64,000 bases of DNA, taken from positions 54,994,001-55,058,000 of the forward strand of contig OZ024750.1 of the NCBI GenBank assembly GCA_964016885.1, written 5' to 3'. Made by a program: the position numbers and the translations under genes. Of this stretch, positions 54,326 through 64,000 are shown piece after piece. Within the stretch, counting starts at the first letter, position 1. Every line of letters begins with the position of its first letter. The stretch is from Eledone cirrhosa (Eukaryota). The notes under the pieces are model-generated. The model did not search any database, was not told where the DNA came from, and was given only the letters and a program-made list of their open reading frames with translations.

Positions 54326-55340
54326 AGCAAGGCAAATCGCGCATAAAATAACGCTTATATCGAGAAAATAAAACAAAAATTTCAATGTTGCACTCTTGTT
54401 TGTTGTTCTTTTATTTTACGTAAACATTTCGCTGCTCTAGCCTCTTATTTCCTATTAGATTACACTTAATTCCATTAAACATTCATTCTTAGTCTCGTGG
54501 TAAACTATTTCATCTATATTTATATCGCTGTTACAGCCTTTTATTTCTACATCTATCACCTATAGCCACTGTTACGCCGGTAGTATAAGTAGCTTTATAA
54601 CAAGAAACGATGATATAACTCCACAAAATGTCTTCTTGAGCAAGACACTTCACCTCATATTGCTCCAGTACACCGAGTTACACATAGACAGATACATACA
54701 TACACATATATATGTACACAAATAGAAATAAGAGGGAGATAGAGTAAAAGATGTAAAGATAGTGTAAAAGATTTAAAGAGAGGGTGAGAGTGTGACACAC
54801 ATTTATCTGTCTATCTCTCTCTATTTTAACACCGGTCGTTATAATTAGTTTTATAACACCGCTATATTACCGACATGAAAGAGGTAAATAATTATTTCTT
54901 AAATGTTTAGAACATGTTTCTCTTGTCTTCTTAAATGTATAGAACATGTTTCTTATTTATATTCTTAACATAGCTAGGACCTTATCTCATTTACTGGTCT
55001 CTACTTTTAGGGCTTTGCTGGTCCCATGTGCCCTCCATGAAGACACACTCGCCCCTTCTCTCTCAGTCTCCGTACTAATTACTACACATACGTATATATA
55101 TTTATTTTAAGAAACCTTAATGACAAATAATATAAAGTGTTTGTAAAGTGGGGAAGAGTAGTTTTACGGTGGGGTTGTTATATAGATATCGTTTTTGCAG
55201 TGGGGTCGTGACTGGCGTATAATAATGAGTCACTGTTGATGTATATACAAATCATATTTTGGATATAAGTGAAGTTATTTAAGAGATTTAGTTGTTTTGT
55301 ATACATTCCAGTTGTTGTCTCCCTGTTTCTTCTTCAACAA

Positions 55341-57344
55341 CTATAACGGTACGCGATGGGGCCCACCCACAGCCCCGGCGGACAGAATGGAGAAGGCGTT
55401 TCCCCGGAGCACGGCAAGGGAGACGCGCTGGAAAAGCCACTCCAACTCGCGGGGCTCACACCTGCGACTGGCCAGCTCAGCGCCTATGGTGGTGAGTAAG
55501 GAGGTAGCCCTGGGGTCGAGGACACCAGAAGTCTCCACTTCCAGGGGTACGACCGCAAACCTGTCGGAGAGTGAACGATATGTGAGGAGTTTGGCCCTCT
55601 CAGCCTGACGTGCAGCAGAACCTGGGCCAGTCGCAGACTGCACCAGGTTGCGGCTGCAGAAAGTGTCGGTGCAAGTGGCATCCCAGACGAGGGGTTTGCC
55701 ACCGCGGAACGGGAAGATGGTCATGCCATCTGGCCTTTTGCCGTCCCCTGGAGCTGGGAAGGGAAGCCTGCAGCGTCCAAGCCATGCTTAATGATTTCGT
55801 TGAGGGCAGCATGGCGTGGATTGCGGCTGGCACTGTGGCGACAGGAAAGCGGGTGGAGGCCGAAAGAGTCCATGGTGGAACGGCAGCGACATTGGTGTGA
55901 GGCCGAGCCTCAGGGAAACGCCGATGCGCAAGCTATGGTTGTCTAGCTGCGTGCGAGTGGAGGAGGAGGGCAGGGCATGGAGCCAGGCCCCACTGTGGGG
56001 TTTGGAGGCCGCACGAAAACAAACAAGGCGGTGCTGGTCGAGCTGGCACGTGAGCCTGTCTGAGGCCAGGCTGCACTGGATGGCATCCCAAGTGTGTTGG
56101 GGGGACTTGACGTCAACAGGGGGAGAAGGAGGAGGAACGTCTACTGGGCTAAGTCCCAGCCGGTGCCACGTCTCACAGGCGGCCACGCGTTCTCTGAACA
56201 CAGAGGGTTCTGTTGTGTTTTGAAGAACCCTGCTGAGGTGGACGTGGTACGAGGTTACCGACGAAAGATACGCCGGCAAAGCTAGTGAGATCGGGGACTG
56301 GAGGCGAAGGTCGCCATACCTGATAGGTAAAGTTGCATATCTCATCGGCTGCTGCTCGGATACAAGTCTGGGTGTAGCACAGAGTGTATAGAGGAGCTTC
56401 GGCATGGCGTAGCAGTTCCTCAGCAGAAAGAGAACTGGGTGGCCATCAATCAAGCCCAGTCGGCTCGTGAGAGTCTGAACTTGATGGTGGAGCGGATGGC
56501 CGGCGGGTGGATCGGTGAGGGCATCCTCTTTGGGGGTCACCTGAACCTGGCGGAGAATGGACCGCACGTCCAAGACGGAGACTGCAAAGCTTGCAGCATC
56601 GAGGCTGACATTCACCACCTCCGACTTGGCTGAGTTGACCTGGAGGTCGATTCCCGCCAGGGCAGGAACCACCGATTGAAGGTCATGGCAGACCGCCTGT
56701 ACGGGCCCACCCAAAGTAGCATCATCCAGATACCAAACGTTGAGAGGGGCCGTTATACTCCGGGCGATGTGGTCAATACCAAGGGTGAACAGGAGGGGTC
56801 CCAAAGGGTTGCCCTGTTGGATCCCAGTAGCCAAGGGTATGACCGTATCAGCAGCATGTCGCATGCTCGGGGCTCCATATGACAGCTAGGCAGAGGGGGC
56901 TCGGCTGAGGCAGGCCTCGAGCAGATGATCCCAGCGTAAAGAGTTGAAGGCATTCCTCATGTCAAACTTGACAATGAGGTGGCTGGAGTCCCTGGATGCC
57001 GGTTCCGAGTGTTACGGACTTGCAGGTTACCTTGGCAGCCAGCCTCCGGAAGACATTGCCCACAGCAATGGGGCGTATGCCACCCTCTTTCTTCCTGAGA
57101 GCGGTGAAGCTGGCTGAAAAAAAGAGGCCTCGAGCATAAGAGTCCAGGGCGCCATGGATGAGCCTATTGGTGAGCGCCACAATTGCACTCAGAAGGCGGC
57201 GCCCGGCCTCAGCGGAGAGGGGAGATGTCAACTCCTTGAGGAGGCCTGGTCAGAGACCATCAACATCACCGCAGCTGCTAGCTGGGAAGGACCTGATGGC
57301 GGACATGATGTCTGCATCAGAAGCCACAAGGAGCAAGTGTGGAT
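55341..57344 (-). mobile_element. Decayed CRE-like RT/RLE retrotransposon, copy A4
   Basis: Near-identical to A1. Confidence 0.88.
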
Positions 57345-57974
57345 TACAATACAAAACCTCTGAGAATGATTTCTAAGATATTTCACCATAATTAATTTTC
57401 ATCAATATATATTAATATTATTATTGTTTATTAGGTCAGGTGGATTGGCCAGAACAATTCTACTCTTCTTTTTTAGATGTCACGATTTTTCATGGCATTC
57501 CTGAGATCATTAATCTCCAGCTGGAGATCCAGAGACATCTGATGTATGTAGGTGAACCTCAGTCATCCCACTTGGGTCTTACTATGTTTAGGTATCCACC
57601 ACAGGAGCCAGCTCATCAGGTCATCCTACCCTCAGCAGCAATGTCCAGCATCTATTGATTTCCGCTCCCTAGTTATTGTGGTAATCTTCGATATCTGGGA
57701 ATATATTTCTTCTGCTTAAGGGAGTAATAAATATATAGTTTTAAAAAAAACATATATATACACACACATATATATATGTTGTCATTTATAAGAGTTCTCT
57801 ATCAAAAGCCTTCTCTATGTCCAAAGCTAAGTATAGTGGCTTATTTTTCTCTAAGAACCTCTTTTGTAGTTGTCTCACTAAGAAGAGGGCATCTGTTGCA
57901 CTTTTCAGCGGCACAAAACCAAACTGCATCTCATACATATACATACATACATACATATACACATACATACATAC

Positions 57975-58325
57975 ATCATCATCATCATCATCATCATTTC
58001 GTTTTAAGTCCGCTTTTTCCCTGCTTGCAAGGGTGGGACGGGAACTGATTCTGGCTTGATTTCTACAGCTGGATGCCCTTCCTAACACCAACCTCATTTA
58101 CAGTGAGTGCTGAGTGCTTTTTTGCCGTGGCACCTCCACGACCACTTTGCAGTGGAATGATATGGACCCCAGTCCCTATCATCTCATTTCTACAGCTGAG
58201 TAAACTGGAGCAATGTGAAATAAAGTGTCTTGCTCAAGGAAACAACACATCACCCGGTCTGAGAATTGAACTCACAACCTTTCGATTGCCAGGCCAATGC
58301 TCGAACCACTAAGCCATGTGCCTCC
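57975..58325 (-). mobile_element. tRNA-SINE, copy 5
   Basis: Copy of 4881-5231. Confidence 0.85.
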
Positions 58326-59385
58326 ATATACATATACATATACATACACATACATATACATACATACATATATATATACATACATACATATATACACATA
58401 CATACATACACATACATACACATATACATACATATATATACATACATACACATACATAGATATATATATATACATAATATAAATATACACACATACACAT
58501 ACATAAGCATATACACATAAGTATATTTACATATACACACGTATATATACATATACATACATACATATATACACATACATACATATATACATACATACAC
58601 ACATATACATACATATATACATATACACATACATACATATACATACATATACACATACATATATATATATATACATACACACACATATATACATACACAC
58701 ACATATATACAAACACATACATATACACATATATACACATACATACACATACATATACATACATATACACATATACACTCATATATACATATACATACAT
58801 ACACACACATACATACATATATACATATACATACATAAAGACAAATCCACCTCATGGACGAGAATGCAAGGGCTCCTCCTCTTTGTTTCGGCCGCGGATG
58901 GCTAACCCTAACCCCATCCCCGCTCCCCACTGCTCCCAACCTCCAAACGCAATCCAAAACTTCAGAGTTGGTACCATTAATGTAGGCACCTTATAGGGTG
59001 GCTCTAACGAGGTTGTAGAAATGCTTGAACGTAAGGAGGTCGATGTTTGTTGTATTCAAGAGACCAGGTGGAGGGGTGGGTCTGCTAGATTCATCGTGGG
59101 TAAAGAACGATGCTATACGCTTTTCTGTGTGGCAAATGACAATGGGCTGGGTATACACATACCACCCCACCTCCCCACCGCAAAGTGGTCGTGGAGGCGC
59201 CGCGGCCAAAAAGCACCCAGCCCACACTGTAAAGCTGACGTGGAGGTGCCACGGAAAAAAAAAAGCACCCAGCACTCACTGCAAACGGGGTTGGCGTCAG
59301 GAAGGGCACCCAGCTGTAGAAACCAATCCAGAATCAGCTCCCACCCCACCCTTGCAAGCATGGAAAAGCGGACGTATGATGAAGT

Positions 59386-59424
<39 letters not shown>

Positions 59425-60165
59425 TATATATATACACATATATATATACACACATATATATCAGTGTACATATATATATACATATATATATATATATAAA
59501 TGAATATTTATTCAATTTAAAGCGCCAATTATCTATATATAACAAGATATGAATTTTTCTAGGGATGGGGAAATTTTCAGTTTGTTTTTATATTTTCACT
59601 TCATTTTTTACTTTCTATTTAATACAGTCTTTGATCCAATATAATCCTGACAGTATTTGAACCAGTTTACCTCATATATATGTATGCACACACAACACTC
59701 AAGTTTCGCCATCTACTGCTATTTCATTCATATTTATTGTTTAATTAACTCTGGTCTAATTCATCAACTATTGTTAATTATATTATTACGTAGATTTCTT
59801 ATAAAATCTAGTGCATATATACGTGTATATATACAGGGAGACACTGTAATAGATGTAAAGAGAGTGGGAGATAGAGTTATAGAAGTAAAGAGAGGGGGAG
59901 AACTAAGCGGTAGATAGAGTAATAGATGTAAAGAGAGGGTTAGAACGTTCAACTTGACAGTCAGTACAATGTTCAGCATGGTAGCCAGTACATATGCCAA
60001 CTACCCAACCGGCCAGCCAGCCGCATATGCGGTTGACTGGCCAGTTGGGCGGTTGGTATGTGGAACGTTCAACTACGCAGTCAGTACCAAAGTTCAACAT
60101 TGTAGCCAGTGCATATGCCGATCGCCGCGCCCTCTTTGCTCTATTTTAATGACCTGGAACTAAGT

Positions 60166-60278
60166 AAAAAGAGTAGGAGATAACTCGACAAGAGCGGAGA
60201 GGGTGAGATTCGAACCATGTAAAGTCGTTGGCTCCTGAACTTCGTAAGCGGGGCTGCTACTGACTGAGCAGCGCCGGC
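60166..60278 (-). ncRNA. Candidate Pol III tRNA-derived small RNA, copy B4
   Basis: Identical to 1119-1231 by eye. Confidence 0.5.
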
Positions 60279-61272
60279 AGCAAGGCAAATCGCGCATAAA
60301 ATAACGCTTATATCGACAAAAAAAAAAAAAAATTTCAATGTTGCACTCTTGTTTGTTGTTCTTTTATTTTACGTAAACATTTCGCTGCTCTAGCCTCTTA
60401 TTTCCTATTAGATTACACTTAATTCCATTAAACATTCATTCTTAGTCTCGTGGTAAACTATTTCATCTATATTTATATCGCTGTTACAGCCTTTTATTTC
60501 TACATCTATCACCTATAGCCACTGTTACGCCGGTAGTATAAGTAGCTTTATAACAAGAAACGATGATATAACTCCACAAAATGTCTTCTTCAGCAAGACA
60601 CTTCACTTCATATTGCTCCAGTACACCGAGTTACACATAGACAGATACATACATACATACACAGATAGAAATGAGAGGTAGATAGAGTAAAAGATTTAAA
60701 GAGAGTGTGAGAAGTACGAGTTAGATAGTGTAAAAGATTTAAAGAGAGGGTGAGAGTGTGACACACATTTATCTGTCTATCTCTCTCTATTTTAACACCG
60801 GTCGTTATAATTAGTTTTATAACACCGCTATATTACCGACATGAAAGAGGTAAATAATTATTTCTTAAATGTTTAGAACATGTTTCTCTTGTCTTCTTAA
60901 ATGTATAGAACATGTTTCTTATTTATATTCTTAACATAGCTAGGACCTTATCTCATTTACTGGTCTCTACTTTTAGGGCTTTGCTGGTCCCATGTGCCCT
61001 CCATGAAGACACACTCGCCCCTTCTCTCTCAGTCTCCGTACTAATTACTACACATACGTATATATATTTATTTTAAGAAACCTTAATGACAAATAATATA
61101 AAGTGTTTGTAAAGTGGGGAAGAGTAGTTTTACGGTGGGGTTGTTATATAGATATCGTTTTTGCAGTGGGGTCGTGACTGGCGTATAATAATGAGTCACT
61201 GTTGATGTATATACAAATCATGTTTTGGATATAAGTGAAGTTATTTAAGAGATTTAGTTGTTTTGTATACAT

Positions 61273-63251
61273 TCATAACGGTACGCGATGGGACCCACCC
61301 ACAGCCCCGGCGGACAGAATGGAGAAGGCGTTTCCCCGGAGCATGGCAAGGGAGACGCGCTGGAAAAGCCACTCCAACTCGCGGGGCTCACACCTGCGGC
61401 TGGCCAGCTCAGCGCCTATGGTGGTGAGTAAGGAGGTAGCCCTGGGGCCGAGGACACCAGAAGTCTCCACTTCCAGGGGTACGACCGCAAACCTGTCGGA
61501 GAGTGAACGATATGTGAGGAGTTTGGCCCCCTCAGCCTGACGTGCAGCAGAACCTGGGCCAGTCGCAGACTGCACCAGGTTGCGGCTGCAGAAAGTGTCG
61601 GTGCAAGTGGCATCCCAGACGAGGGGTTTGCCACCGCGGAACGGGAAGATGGTCATGCCATCTAGCCTTTTGCCGTCCCCTCGAGCTGGGAAGGGAAGCC
61701 TGCAGCGTCCAAGCCATGCTTAATGACTTCGTTGAGGGCAGCATGGCGTAGATTGCGGGTGGAGGCCGAAAGAGTCCATGGTGGAACGGCAGCGACATTG
61801 GTGTGAGGCCGAGCCTCAGGGAAACGCCGATGCGCAAGCTATTGTTGTCTAGCTGCGTGCGAGTGGAGAAGGAGGGCAGGGCATGGAGCCAGGCCCCACT
61901 GTGGGGTTTGGAGGCTGCACGAAAACAAACAAGGCGGTGCTGGTCGAGCTGGCGCGTGAGCCTGTCTGAGGCCAGGCTGCACTGGATGGCATCCCAAGTG
62001 TGTTGGGGGGGACTTGACGTCAACAGGGGGAGAAGGAGGAGGAACGTCTACTGGGCTAAGTCCCAGCCGGTCCCACGTCTCACAGGCGGCCACGCGTTCT
62101 CTGAACACAGAGGGTTCTGTTGTGTTTTGAAGAACCCTGCTGAGGAGGACGTGGTACGAGGTTACCGACGAAAGATATGCCGGCAAAGCTAGTGAGATCG
62201 GGGACTGGAGGCGAAGGCCGCCATACCTGACAGGTAAAGTTGCATATCTCATCGGCTGCTGCTCGGATACAAGTTTAGGTGTAGCACAGAGTGTATAGAG
62301 GAGCTTCGGCATGGCGTAGCAGTTCCTCAGCAGAAAGAGAACTGGGTGGCCATCAATCAAGCCCAGTCGGCTCGTGAGAGTCTGGACTTGATGGAGGAGC
62401 GGATGGCCGGCGGGTGGATCGGTGAGGGCATCCTCTTTGGGGGTCACCTGAACCTGGCGGAGAATGGACCGCACGTCCAAGACGGAGACTGCAAAGCTTG
62501 CAGCATCGAGGCTGACATTCACCACCTCCGACTTGGCTGAGTTGACCTGGAGGTCGATTCCCGCCAGGGCAGGAACCACCGATTGAAGGTCATGGCAGAC
62601 CGCCTGTACGGGCCCACCCAAAGTAGCATCATCCAGATACCAAACGTTGAGAGGGGCTGTTATACTCCAGGCGATGTGGTCAATACCAAGGGTGAACAGG
62701 AGGGGTCCCAAAGGGTTGCCCTGTTGGATCCCAGTAGCCAAGGGTATGACCGTATCAGCAGCATGGCGCATGCTTGGGGCTCCATATGACAGGTAGGCAG
62801 AGGGGGCTCGGCTGAGGCAGGCCTCGAGCAGATGATCCCAGCGTAAAGAGTTGAAGGCATTCCTCATGTCAAACTTGACAATGAGGTGGCTGGAGGCCCT
62901 GGATGCCGGTTCCGAGTGTTACGGACTTGCAGATTACCTTGGCAGCCAGCCTCCGGAAGACATTGCCCACAGCAATGGGGCGTATGCCATCCTCTTTCTT
63001 CCTGCGAGCGGTGAGGCTGGCCGAAAAAAAGAGGCCTCGAGCATAAGAGTCCAGGGCGCCATGGATGAGCCTATTGGTGAGCGCCACAATTGCACTCAGA
63101 AGGCGGCGCCCGGCCTCAGCGGAGAGGGGAGATATCAACTCCTTGAGGAGGCCTGGTCAGAGACCATCAACATCTCCGCAGCTGCTAGCTGGGAAGGACC
63201 TGATGGCGGACATGATGTCTGCATCAGAAGCCACAAGGAGCAAGTGTGGAT
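61273..63251 (-). mobile_element. Decayed CRE-like RT/RLE retrotransposon, copy B4
   Basis: B-type, carrying the same 26-bp deletion (~61757) as copy C. Confidence 0.88.
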
Positions 63252-64000
63252 TACAATACAAAACCTCTGAGAATGATTTCTAAGATATTTCACCATAATT
63301 AATTTTCATCAATATATATTAATATTATTATTGTTTATTAGGTCAGGTGGATTGGCCAGAACAATTCTACTCTTCTTTTTTAGATGTCACGATTTTTCAT
63401 GGCATTCCTGAGATCATTAATCTCCAGCTGGAGATCCAGAGACATCTGATGTATGTAGGTGAACCTCAGTCATCCCACTAGGGTCTTACTATGTTTAGGT
63501 ATCCACCACAGGAGCCAGCTCATCAGGTCATCCTACCCTCAGCAGCAATGTCCAGCATCTATTGATTTCCGCTCCCTAGTTATTGTGGTAATCTTCGATA
63601 TCTGGGAATATATTTCTTCTGCTTAAGGGAGTAATAAATATATAGTTTTTAAAAAAACATATATATACACACACATATATATATGTTGTCATTTATAAGA
63701 GTTCTCTATCAAAAGCCTTCTCTATGTCCAAAGCTAAGTATAGTGGCTTATTTTTCTCTAAGAACCTCTTTTGTAGTTGTCTCACTAAGAAGAGGGCATC
63801 TGTTGCACTTTTCAGCGGCTTAATTAATTAATGAGGTTTAATTAATGAGGAATTTTGAGGTATTTATAACAATTATTAATTATTTCATTACTGAGATATC
63901 ATTTGAAGGACTTACTAATGTTTTTATTTATTAATTATTTTATTAGTAACTTAACATGTGGTTCTTGTATAAAATTATGTTGGAAGATTTTAGGAAGATG

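Larger units (their letters stand above)
1..64000. repeat. Higher-order tandem array (macrosatellite): 9 copies of a ~4.8-kb core with 1.1-kb (S) and 5.0-kb (L) spacers
   Basis: The same ORF sets recur (e.g. the 358-aa ORF at 2694, 18416, 34146, 55788; the 418-aa ORF at 12529, 28251, 49893). The L/A junction 'aaaccactg|ttgtattcaag' recurs at ~5, 15727, 31447 and 53089. Confidence 0.98.

Overview
This window is eukaryotic, repeat-dense DNA. The SINE core, RTE-type LINEs and AT/AC microsatellites resemble an octopus/cephalopod genome (inference). No intact host protein-coding gene was found. The whole window is a higher-order tandem array (macrosatellite). A ~4.8-kb core occurs 9 times in two variants, A and B, plus one mosaic copy C. 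Cores are separated by a short 1.1-kb spacer (S) or a long 5.0-kb spacer (L), in the order A-S-B-L, A-S-B-L, A-S-C-S-B-L, A-S-B-L(partial), with periods of 15,722, 15,720 and 21,642 bp. Each core carries an internally deleted RTE LINE, a ~74-bp GC-rich palindrome between direct repeats, a tRNA-derived Pol III-type unit (TATA, A box, B box, T5 terminator), a decayed CRE-like RT/RLE retrotransposon and RTE fragments. S carries a tRNA-SINE with an RTE-type tail and a microsatellite. L carries a minisatellite, a 5'-truncated RTE LINE with a Cys-rich finger inside the RT, and a ~640-bp foldback with Pol III boxes in both arms. The best candidate for something functional and undescribed is the arrayed Pol III small-RNA unit, but its function is unproven. 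Element boundaries are approximate unless a junction is quoted.
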